Source: Candidatus Hydrogenedentota bacterium (GTDB lineage Bacteria > Hydrogenedentota > Hydrogenedentia > Hydrogenedentales > SLHB01). From it: a DNA stretch of 23,412 bases. Where the stretch lies: NCBI GenBank assembly GCA_029974275.1, contig JARKSN010000242.1, positions 1-23,412 on the forward strand, in the 5' to 3' direction. Position numbers and translations under genes: made by a program. Below the pieces are notes generated by a model. It was not told the DNA's origin and ran no database searches. It worked only from the letters and a program-made list of their open reading frames with translations. Below are positions 16,382 to 23,412 of the stretch, one piece after another. Numbering within the stretch: position 1 is the first letter of the stretch; the number at the start of each line of letters is the position of its first letter.

Positions 16382-18943
16382 TTATGACGACAGAAACGTC
16401 GTCCGCTTGAGGAAACGCGCGGTCACCGGGTCGAGTCCAAGCAATTCGAGCAGTTCGCGCATGCGAATGCCGCGTCCTTCGATCACGCGGAGTTCGGCCC
16501 CGAGGGAGATGCGTCCGCTCGCCTCCATTCGGACGTCGAGGCGGGCAATGTTCGGGCGGACGTCGATCGCGCGCGGAGGCTTCCCTTTCTCCTTTGCGGC
16601 GCGTTCGACGAAGATCGAAGTCGACGCCATGATCGCCGCAGCACGCTCTTGAACGGTCGCGGCATCTCCAGGAGCGTGGATGTCGTAAAGAAATCCGGCA
16701 AGCTGGGACATCAACGCGGGCGCGTTCAGCGGCGCTTCGGTCACGCTGAAAACCCGGAAATCCGGCGGCGCGACGGCAATGATCCGTTGCTTCAATGCCT
16801 CGGCGTCGACGCGTTCGCGCAGCAGAACGTCCATGTAATCGCACAGCGACTCCTCGCCGACCGGAGCCGCCGTAGCGAAGGTGATTTTCGGGTGGGCATG
16901 GAAGCCTTGCGAATAGGACAGGGGCGCTTTTGCGCGGCGCAAGGTCCGTATCCAGGCGCTCATCCATTCAAGGTGCGACAGGAAGCGGGATTCGCCGATG
17001 CGGCCGATTTGGAAACGCAGCCGCTGCGTCGCCGGCGGTTCTGAGGGCTCGGGAAGCGCGTGCAACGCAATCGCCGCGTCCACGATGCTTCCTTCATGGG
17101 AACGCTGCGCCATTCGCTGGCATAGTTCCGGCAAACGTTGCGACACGCCGCATGCGCGGCACTCGCCGTGGCGGCAATCCGGCGCGTGCTCCAATTCCTG
17201 TGCGCGCTTCCACTCCAGCTCCAGCCATGCGCGCGATACAAGCGAATCGATGTGGTCCCACGGAAGGCGTTCGCCCACTGTGCGCGCGCGAAATGACTCC
17301 TCGGCCGGGTAGGCGGCGTCTTCGATCGCGGCGATCCACGCATCGAACCGCAGGTATTCGTCCGACGAGTCCAGCCGTGCGCCGCGGCGCCATGCGGCTT
17401 CGATGACGTCGGCGACCCGGCGGTCCGCGCGCGACAAGAGGCCTTCGACGAAGGTGCTGCGCGGATCGTGACGTCCGAACTTAATGCCGCCGCATCGGGC
17501 GAATCCTTTCTCCAGAATCGCTTGACGTCTGCGCGCCTCGTCGATCGAAATTTGTTCGGCCCACTGAAACGGCGTGAAGGGTTTGGGCACAAACGTCGAG
17601 ATGCCGGTGTTGATCTGCGCGCGCCGGGAAATCGAACGCCCAACGGCCAGTGTGCGCTTGCAGAGATCGACGATGGCGTCGATGTCCTCGTCGCGTTCCG
17701 TGGGGAGGCCAATCATGAAGTAGCACTTCACGTGGCCCCAGCCGCGACGAAAGGCTTCTGCGGCGGTGCGCAACAGGTCCTCGTCGGGAATCCACTTGTT
17801 GATGACCGCACGCAGGCGCGCGGTTGCGGCTTCGGGCGCAAAGGTCAGTCCGCTGCGCCGGAGGCCCGAGATCGCGTCCGCGAGATCGACGGCGAAGGGG
17901 GCGAGCCGCAGCGACGGCAACGACACGGCGGCATCGTTTTCGCGCGCGATATGGGCGGCGTGGAGGGCGAGCGCGCGCGCTTGCGAATGGTCGCACGTGG
18001 ACAACGAGACGAGCGAGGCCTCTTCGCACCCGGTGCGGTCCAGGGCGGTGCGCAACAGGTCGTTCGCCTGTTCCGCGCCGCGTTCGCGCACAGGGCGTGA
18101 AGTCATTCCGGCCTGGCAGAAGCGGCAGCCGTGCGTGCAGCCGCGCATCACTTCAAGGCCGACGCGGTCGTGAATGAGCTTCGTGAACGGCACGATGTAG
18201 TCGATGGGGAATCGGGCGGCCTCGAGATCGTTCACCGTGCGCCGCACGATTTTCGGGGCGTCCAAAGCCGGCACGATACGTCCGTCCGGCAATGTTTCGA
18301 AAGGATACGCCGCAGGCGCGTAAAGGCCCTCGAGGCGCGCGAGGATCGAAAGCGTTTCCGCGCGAGGCTTTCCTTTTTGTGCGCGCAGGACTTCAGCGAT
18401 TTCCAGCACGGCCTCTTCGCCGTCGCCAATCACGAAAAAATCGATGAACGGCGCCATCGGCTCAGGGTTGAAGGCGGTCGGTCCTCCGGCGAAAACGATC
18501 GGATGGGCATCGGTCCGGTCCGCGCTGCGCAACGGGATTTTCGCAAGATCGAGCATGTTCAGGACGCTTGTGTACGTGAGTTCGCTTTGCAGGGTGAATC
18601 CGATGGCGTCAAGCGCGCCCAGCGGCGTCTTCGACTCATTCGTGAACAAGGGAAGCCCGCGTTCGCGCAAGGCCGCTTCCATGTCCGGCGCCGGAGCGTA
18701 CGCGCGCTCGGCCCAGCACCAGGGCTGGTCGTTGAGAATGCCGTAGAGGATCAGCAGGCCGAGGTTGCCTAGACCCATGTCGTAGAGATCGGGAAATGCG
18801 AGAGCGATGCGCAGGTCTATCCGCGCCGCGTCTTTATGCACGGAATTGACTTCCGTGCCGAGGTATCGGGAAGGGCGTTCGACGCGCGGCAACACGTCAT
18901 CAAGCCGCACGGGCGCCGTATCAGAACGAGTGATCATGTGCAT
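16382..18943 (-). CDS. TIGR03960-family B12-binding-like radical SAM protein fused to a TIGR03936/DUF2344 radical SAM-linked domain
   Basis: 853 aa (start 18943 or 18937). Family N-terminus VERPSRYLGTEVNSVHKD...AFPDLYDMG, GFTLQSELTYT; CxxxCxxC = CTHGCRFC (18116-18139); LTFAPEAA, YFMIGLPTE, FVPKPFTPFQW, LPWDHID; C-terminal RFLSHLE...YSQGFHAHPKITFATAAPVGEES. Confidence 0.9.
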   Translation of the reverse strand: MHMITRSDTAPVRLDDVLPRVERPSRYLGTEVNSVHKDAARIDLRIALAFPDLYDMGLGNLGLLILYGILNDQPWCWAERAYAPAPDMEAALRERGLPLFTNESKTPLGALDAIGFTLQSELTYTSVLNMLDLAKIPLRSADRTDAHPIVFAGGPTAFNPEPMAPFIDFFVIGDGEEAVLEIAEVLRAQKGKPRAETLSILARLEGLYAPAAYPFETLPDGRIVPALDAPKIVRRTVNDLEAARFPIDYIVPFTKLIHDRVGLEVMRGCTHGCRFCQAGMTSRPVRERGAEQANDLLRTALDRTGCEEASLVSLSTCDHSQARALALHAAHIARENDAAVSLPSLRLAPFAVDLADAISGLRRSGLTFAPEAATARLRAVINKWIPDEDLLRTAAEAFRRGWGHVKCYFMIGLPTERDEDIDAIVDLCKRTLAVGRSISRRAQINTGISTFVPKPFTPFQWAEQISIDEARRRQAILEKGFARCGGIKFGRHDPRSTFVEGLLSRADRRVADVIEAAWRRGARLDSSDEYLRFDAWIAAIEDAAYPAEESFRARTVGERLPWDHIDSLVSRAWLELEWKRAQELEHAPDCRHGECRACGVSQRLPELCQRMAQRSHEGSIVDAAIALHALPEPSEPPATQRLRFQIGRIGESRFLSHLEWMSAWIRTLRRAKAPLSYSQGFHAHPKITFATAAPVGEESLCDYMDVLLRERVDAEALKQRIIAVAPPDFRVFSVTEAPLNAPALMSQLAGFLYDIHAPGDAATVQERAAAIMASTSIFVERAAKEKGKPPRAIDVRPNIARLDVRMEASGRISLGAELRVIEGRGIRMRELLELLGLDPVTARFLKRTTFLSS

Positions 18944-19023
18944 CCAAATCCGCGTATGCGTTGCGAATCCTCCCGACAGCCGTTGGGCGTCGCGGCGGTT
19001 TCCGAATGGGCCAGTTTCGGGGA

Positions 19024-19052
19024 ACGTTACAGACCGGTGACGATCATGTCAA
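19024..19052 (-). promoter_or_regulatory. Candidate sigma70 promoter for the radical SAM gene
   Basis: Minus strand TTGACA-N17-TAACGT, with a consensus -35, about 80 nt upstream of the start codon. Confidence 0.6.
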
Positions 19053-19136
19053 GGAAACGATGCTATCCGGAATGCGCGGGCGACGGCGCGCGGCGCGCTT
19101 GGAGCAAAATGCGGAGCCATCGTCCCGCTTCCTTGC

Positions 19137-19166
19137 ATGACGAAGGCGCGCGACTTTCGGTATGAT
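19137..19166 (+). promoter_or_regulatory. Candidate sigma70 promoter for pcm
   Basis: ATGACG-N18-TATGAT; the -10 is near consensus, the -35 weaker. Confidence 0.4.
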
Positions 19167-19309
19167 GCTTTAAGCGCCAGGCGGCCTTCCTGCTGTGCGC
19201 GTTCGACTGGCTTGGGTCGATCGCGCAAAAAAACGGGAGGAAGATGGCATGTCTTTGGCAACACGTGCGTGGGGAACGCGGCGGCCAAAGGCGGAACAGA
19301 GAGGGCGAC

Positions 19310-19978
19310 ATGGAAGATCCCCCATTCGCGGTTCTTCGATCGCGCATGGTGAGCGTACAGCTCGAATCGCGCGGGATATGCGATCCGCGCGTTCTCGAAG
19401 CCTTTCGCAGCGTTCCCCGCCACGAATTTGTTCCTCCGCGCCTGCGCGCCGCCGCGTACGAAGATCATCCCCTCGAGATCGGCCTTGGCCAGACCATCTC
19501 GCAGCCGTTTATGGCGGCCGCCATGACCGAGCTTCTTGGTTTGCGCTCCGTTGACCGCGCGCTCGAAATAGGGACCGGTTCTGGATATCAGGCCGCGATC
19601 CTTTCGCTGCTCGCACAGGAAGTGGTCACAATAGAGCGCCATCCGCGCCTCGCCGCGCTGGCTCGCGAGCGTCTCGCCGCGTTTGGATACGGCAACGTCA
19701 CGGTCTTCGTTGGCGATGGTTCGCGGGGCGCGCCGGAACAGGGCCTTTTCGACGCGATCATCGTGACGGCCGCCGCCCCCCAGATACCGATCTCGCTCAT
19801 ACGTCAACTGTCCGAGGGGGGGCGTCTGGTTTGTCCTGTGGGAGGACGCATGAGCCAGACGTTGGTGCGGGGGGTGCGAAAACCAGAAGGTTTCGTCGAG
19901 GAATACGCGATGGGCTGCATTTTCGTGCCGCTCCTTGGGGCGGAGGGATGGCCCGGCGAGGACGACCCAGTCGAGTAG
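19310..19978 (+). CDS. pcm: Protein-L-isoaspartate(D-aspartate) O-methyltransferase
   Basis: Motifs RGICDPRVLEAFRSVPRHEF, AYEDHPLEIGLGQTISQP, LEIGTGSGYQAAIL, GDGSRG, FDAIIVTAA, GGRLVCPVG, FVPL. Likely start ATG 19310 (GAGAGGG SD); an in-frame ATG also lies at 19244. Confidence 0.95.
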   Translation: MEDPPFAVLRSRMVSVQLESRGICDPRVLEAFRSVPRHEFVPPRLRAAAYEDHPLEIGLGQTISQPFMAAAMTELLGLRSVDRALEIGTGSGYQAAILSLLAQEVVTIERHPRLAALARERLAAFGYGNVTVFVGDGSRGAPEQGLFDAIIVTAAAPQIPISLIRQLSEGGRLVCPVGGRMSQTLVRGVRKPEGFVEEYAMGCIFVPLLGAEGWPGEDDPVE

Positions 19979-20009
19979 GGGCGCGCCTCGCGAATACCCG
20001 CGAATCGAC

Positions 20010-20149
20010 TACCCGCAGAGCAACGGCAAGATCGAGCGCTGGCACAAGTCCTTGAAGACCGAATGCATTCGCCCGCAGACCCCACTCTCGCTCGACGACC
20101 CCGGCGCGTTGTGGGGCAATTCGTGGCGCACTACAACGAAGTCCACTTG
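20010..20149 (+). pseudogene. IS3/IS481-like DDE transposase (integrase core C-terminal) fragment with a frameshift
   Basis: YPQSNGKIERWHKSLKTECIRPQTPLSLDD (20010-20099), then after an apparent 1-nt loss at ~20100 RRVVGQFVAHYNEVHL. Matches the PxxNGxxER...LK.E...YN pattern; no start codon and no N-terminal part. Confidence 0.8.
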
Positions 20150-20259
20150 GCCGCGCCCTCTCGCAGTCCATTGCCACACAATCACTTACAACCCAAGGCG
20201 ATGTGCTTGGCATGCACGGGGTCACCAGGCGCAGAGAATTCGCGGAAAGCGGGCATGAG

Positions 20260-20390
20260 TGCGTATTTCGGTGAATCGGATCGGCGATTTAGGGTGAAAG
20301 CGCCCAGTCATTTCGGAGTTATCGGATGAGCTTGGCGTAGCGTCCGTCACCTTTGGCGATGGCGAGTTCCTGGAAGACTTCTGGATGAGT
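20260..20390 (-). mobile_element. Degenerate IS21-family element: right end plus istB fragment
   Basis: The + strand begins TGCGTATTTCGGTGAA (TG-start IS21-like terminus) with ATTTcGG(TGAA)-type units at 20265, 20287 and 20310 (22-23 bp period), directly abutting an IstB-like peptide on the minus strand. Confidence 0.7.
20319..20390 (-). pseudogene. istB: IstB (IS21 helper ATPase) internal fragment
   Basis: Minus-strand frame reads THPEVFQELAIAKGDGRYAKLIR*, resembling the IstB segment just before the Walker B motif (LLILDD); bounded by stop codons on both sides. Confidence 0.7.
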
Positions 20391-20441
20391 TCAATATTCT
20401 CTTCCGGCACGAAATTCGCGCGCATGGCATTATGTAAGGCA

Positions 20442-20475
20442 TTGCCTTTCGTTAGTCTATAGTGTAAAGTATAAC
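20442..20475 (+). promoter_or_regulatory. AT-rich candidate promoter for the GH172 gene
   Basis: TTGCCT-N17-TAAAGT (20442-20470), with overlapping alternative -10 boxes TATAGT and TATAAC. Confidence 0.45.
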
Positions 20476-20739
20476 AACGCAGCGATTGTTGTGCCGAAAC
20501 GCAGGGTGGGGTCTATGAGATCCGGTGGAGGTATCAAGGTGCTTGATGCGGGGGAAGGATTTCGTCCTTTTTGACCCCGGTGCGCGATTTTGTCGTGACG
20601 GTAGCGATGTATCTTCCCAAACGACACGAGGCCCAGATCATTTCGGACCGCAGCTGCCCTATAAGCATTTTTCAGCACACGGGAAGGGAGGCGGCATCTC
20701 ATGTCTTGTCAAGAAAACGCTTGGAAAGGGAGGCCTGTC

Positions 20740-23412
20740 ATGGCCATTGCCGTATGTTTGCTGTTGGGCATCGCGTCGGCAGCCTATGCTGCTGCCGTGG
20801 AACCCAGGGGACTTTCAGCGATCACGGCGTTTGACAGGCTGCCGTATTTACGTGTGGATACCCAAGCGGGGCACATGTCAAGTTTCGACCGAACTGGCGG
20901 CAAGAACGACAAATTGAATTATCTCAATTGCCCGAATTTCGTGACGCAACCGCCTGCCAGCCTCAGCGAAGAGGACGTCTTGTGCGATATTGAGGGCCCA
21001 GGCGTCATCTACCGTCTCTGGTACACGGGCTACGACGGCATCTATGCTCCGAGCCTCAAAATCTACATCGACAACAACTCGACGCCGATCTTCAGCACGG
21101 TCGCTCTAGGCACTAACTTGTACAACATGTGGTTTACGCCGGCGGCCCCGTTCCTGGCCCCATTGATGCGCTATCAGGCGGAAGGCAGCCCCGTCGCATA
21201 CGCGCGCGGCGCGGACGTCTCGTTCTATCCCATTCCATTCCGACAACACATCAAGATCACCACGAACAACTACACGAAGAGCGGAGTCGTTACGCCGCGC
21301 CTCAAGTTTTATAACATCGACTACCAGCTCTTTACGCCGGACACAAGCGTGACATCGTGGACGGGTTCAGAAAATCGCGCCGCTGCGGACGCCGCATGGG
21401 ACCCGGCGAAGATGTCGCTCGATCCGAAGGACGCCACGGGCAACACAACAACGGCGGGCAGCGTGATGCTCGCCGCGGGCATGGCCTCGACGCTGCTCAA
21501 CATCGATGGCCCCAAGACCATTCAGACGATCCGGCTCAATTTCAACAATGAAGTCCCCAGTGATTCGACGCTGAATTCGCTGTGGTTGCGCATCTACTGG
21601 AACAACGAGGCGACGCCGAGCGTCGATGCGCCGTTGGGTTCATTCTTCGCCATCGGACAATACGGAGTTGGCATCGCGCCGCGTTCGCTCATGCTCGGCC
21701 TCGATGCGGGCAACACGCTGTACTGTTACTTCCCAATGCCCTTCGAGACGCACGCGAAAATCGAATTATTCAACGCGAGCGAATCGGCCATAGGACCGGT
21801 TGCATTCACCGTCGCGCACAAGGGGTTCGCCGGAGCATTCACCAGTGTCGGCTACTTCAAAACGCAGTATAACGTGTCCGTGCCGTCAACTCCGGGCCGC
21901 GACTTGCCCATTCTCAACGCCAACGGCGCGGGGCATTTGGTAGGCGTGGTGCAGTCGGTCACGGGCACAGTGAACAATCCTGACCCGAACAATGACGCGA
22001 ATCGCATCCATCTCGAAGGCGACGAGCGCATCTACATCGACGGTAGTCGCACTCCCGTCGAGCAGGGCACAGGCACGGAGGACTTCTACTGCGACGGTTA
22101 CTACTTTGCGTTCGGTCTGAAGACGCTCCCGACGTGGGGGCACACGCAACGCATCTCGGGCCCGCCCGACAAGAGCAGCATGTACCGCATACTGCTTCAA
22201 GAAGCGATTCCATTCCAGCGAGGCATCCGCGCCGGGATCGAGCACGGCCATATCAACGATTCGCAATGCGACGCCTACATCCTCGCAATGTACTACCAGG
22301 CCCCGACGCGCCTGTTCCTGACGGACAAGGTGGACGTGGGCAACACGGCCAGCGAGACGGCGCATGCGTATGCCATAAGCGACCAGACAGCCTTTGGGCC
22401 GTTCACCAATACCTTCGAGGGAGATGACGATGGTATTTCCGTGACCGACGACGGGCGCACGTTCACCGGACACAGCCAGTTCACCGTCAAGCTCGCCCCT
22501 GGCAACCAAGGCATGGTGCTGCGCCGCCTATTCGACCAGAGCGTCGTACAAAAAGCCAATGTGTCCGTAGACGGCGTGATGGTCGGCGCCTTCTACACCG
22601 CAGCGAGAAATCCGATTCACTGCTGGCGAGAAGAGTCCTTCATGGTGCCTGCGTTGTTCACGGCAGGCAAGAGCCAAGTCAGCGTGAAAGTCATGGCAGC
22701 ATCCGGTTCTCCCGCATGGAATGAATACGCCTACTGGGCGTTCAGCGTCGGAGCGACGGACTTCGGTGCGCCGCCGGTCATCACGACAAACAATGGCCAG
22801 AGTTTCACGTGCAACGGCGACTCTGTGACGCTTGATGGGACGTGCCACGTCGCCACCGCGGATATTAAGGTAAACGGGGTTTCGATGGGTCACCAAGCCG
22901 ACCAGACTGCCTGGGATGCGACTGTTGCACTCAATCCCGGCGACAACACACTCAGCGTTACCGCTGTCAGCGACGTTGGCGACGAAACCGCTCCGGCGAC
23001 GATCTCGGTGAAGTCGCCTCCGTTGGCCGGTTTCACGGCTGCGCCTCTAAGTGGTCAGGCGCCATTGGAGGTCCACTTTACGGACGCGACCTTGGCCGGC
23101 GTATTGACGCTTACGGACTGGCAGTGGAATTTCGGCGACGGAGCAACGAGCCAGGAGCAAAACCCCGTTCATGCCTACGCAACCCCCGGCATCTATTCGG
23201 TCACGCTCACAGCCGGGGCGTCCGGCAGGACCAACACCGTGACCAAGACAGCATTCGTCACGGTTATAGCGCCGCCGGACACGGTCCCGCCCGTGATCAC
23301 AATGCTAGGCAGCAACCCGGTGACCGTGAACCCAAACGCGGTCTATGTTGATGCGGGCGCGACGGCCATCGACGATAAAGACGGCGACATCACCGCGAAC
23401 ATCGTCGCCACC
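20740..23412 (+). CDS. Secreted multidomain GH172 (DUF2961) glycoside hydrolase with beta-sandwich, Ig-like, PKD and DUF5011-like modules (3' truncated by window edge)
   Basis: Hand-translated: frame +1 has no stop from ATG 20701/20740 to the window end (891 codons from 20740). Signal peptide MAIAVCLLLGIASAAYA. DUF2961 motifs SSFDRTGGKND, DIEGPGVIYRLW, WLRIYWNNEATPSVDAPLGSFF, YCYFPMPF, LEGDERIYIDG, GTGTEDF, IEHG. PKD WQWNFGDG...NPVHAYATPGIYSVTL. DUF5011-like DTVPPVITMLGSNP...YVDAGATAIDDKDGDIT. Confidence 0.9.
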   Translation, partial: MAIAVCLLLGIASAAYAAAVEPRGLSAITAFDRLPYLRVDTQAGHMSSFDRTGGKNDKLNYLNCPNFVTQPPASLSEEDVLCDIEGPGVIYRLWYTGYDGIYAPSLKIYIDNNSTPIFSTVALGTNLYNMWFTPAAPFLAPLMRYQAEGSPVAYARGADVSFYPIPFRQHIKITTNNYTKSGVVTPRLKFYNIDYQLFTPDTSVTSWTGSENRAAADAAWDPAKMSLDPKDATGNTTTAGSVMLAAGMASTLLNIDGPKTIQTIRLNFNNEVPSDSTLNSLWLRIYWNNEATPSVDAPLGSFFAIGQYGVGIAPRSLMLGLDAGNTLYCYFPMPFETHAKIELFNASESAIGPVAFTVAHKGFAGAFTSVGYFKTQYNVSVPSTPGRDLPILNANGAGHLVGVVQSVTGTVNNPDPNNDANRIHLEGDERIYIDGSRTPVEQGTGTEDFYCDGYYFAFGLKTLPTWGHTQRISGPPDKSSMYRILLQEAIPFQRGIRAGIEHGHINDSQCDAYILAMYYQAPTRLFLTDKVDVGNTASETAHAYAISDQTAFGPFTNTFEGDDDGISVTDDGRTFTGHSQFTVKLAPGNQGMVLRRLFDQSVVQKANVSVDGVMVGAFYTAARNPIHCWREESFMVPALFTAGKSQVSVKVMAASGSPAWNEYAYWAFSVGATDFGAPPVITTNNGQSFTCNGDSVTLDGTCHVATADIKVNGVSMGHQADQTAWDATVALNPGDNTLSVTAVSDVGDETAPATISVKSPPLAGFTAAPLSGQAPLEVHFTDATLAGVLTLTDWQWNFGDGATSQEQNPVHAYATPGIYSVTLTAGASGRTNTVTKTAFVTVIAPPDTVPPVITMLGSNPVTVNPNAVYVDAGATAIDDKDGDITANIVAT

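Noticed and set aside
5396..19236. Short motifs shared between intergenic regions (CAAAAAAA(A)CGGG at ~5396 and ~19226; CGCTTGGGAA at 5416 and inverted at ~16163)
   Set aside because: Matches of 10-12 bp, partly homopolymeric, in inconsistent contexts; cannot be distinguished from chance here.
16382..19978. RiPP cluster (radical SAM plus a PIMT-like methyltransferase)
   Set aside because: The radical SAM is TIGR03960-type with no SPASM or RRE domain, pcm looks like the canonical repair enzyme, the genes are divergent, and no precursor peptide is evident.
20355..20375. Fluoride riboswitch-like GGCGATGG
   Set aside because: No pairing strand or downstream motif follows; the sequence is explained as the antisense of the istB fragment.
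20413..20470. dif-like site (TTATGTAAGGC or TAGTGTAAAGT as XerD arms)
   Set aside because: No XerC-like arm ending in ATAA at the 6-bp spacing; an AT-rich promoter explains the region better.
20222..20917. Short ORFs 20222-20425, 20457-20702, 20525-20917, 20571-20834
   Set aside because: No recognisable domains; they overlap IS debris, the promoter/leader or the true GH172 reading frame.
1..23412. CRISPR array, tRNA or rRNA genes
   Set aside because: No regularly spaced repeat-spacer array, cloverleaf or rRNA-like sequence was seen; the 22-bp periodic units at 20265-20317 fit an IS21 end.

Overview
GC-rich bacterial chromosomal window from a diderm organism; the gene style suggests Hydrogenedentota or a PVC-like lineage, but that is inference only. 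Left to right: the 3' end of a CusA/CzcA-type RND pump and its TolC-family outer membrane factor (+); then, on the - strand, a LytS-5TM/3xPAS hybrid histidine kinase, thiE and thiS, a ~1940-aa lipoprotein alpha-2-macroglobulin with an intact CVEQ thioester motif but no adjacent pbpC, a beta-propeller/Y_Y_Y/PAS hybrid kinase, and a TIGR03960-TIGR03936 radical SAM fusion. A divergent pcm (+) follows, then ~400 bp of IS debris (a frameshifted IS3/IS481-like integrase fragment and an IS21 end joined to an istB scrap). The window ends inside a large secreted GH172 (DUF2961) multidomain glycosidase with Ig-like, PKD and DUF5011-like modules, which the ORF track misses because it has no stop in the window. 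No rRNA, tRNA or CRISPR array was seen. The best candidates for something undescribed are the predicted sensor kinase/macroglobulin/thiS/thiE transcription unit with its long structured leader, and the three-jelly-roll GH172 enzyme. All family calls come from motif recognition by eye, not database searches.
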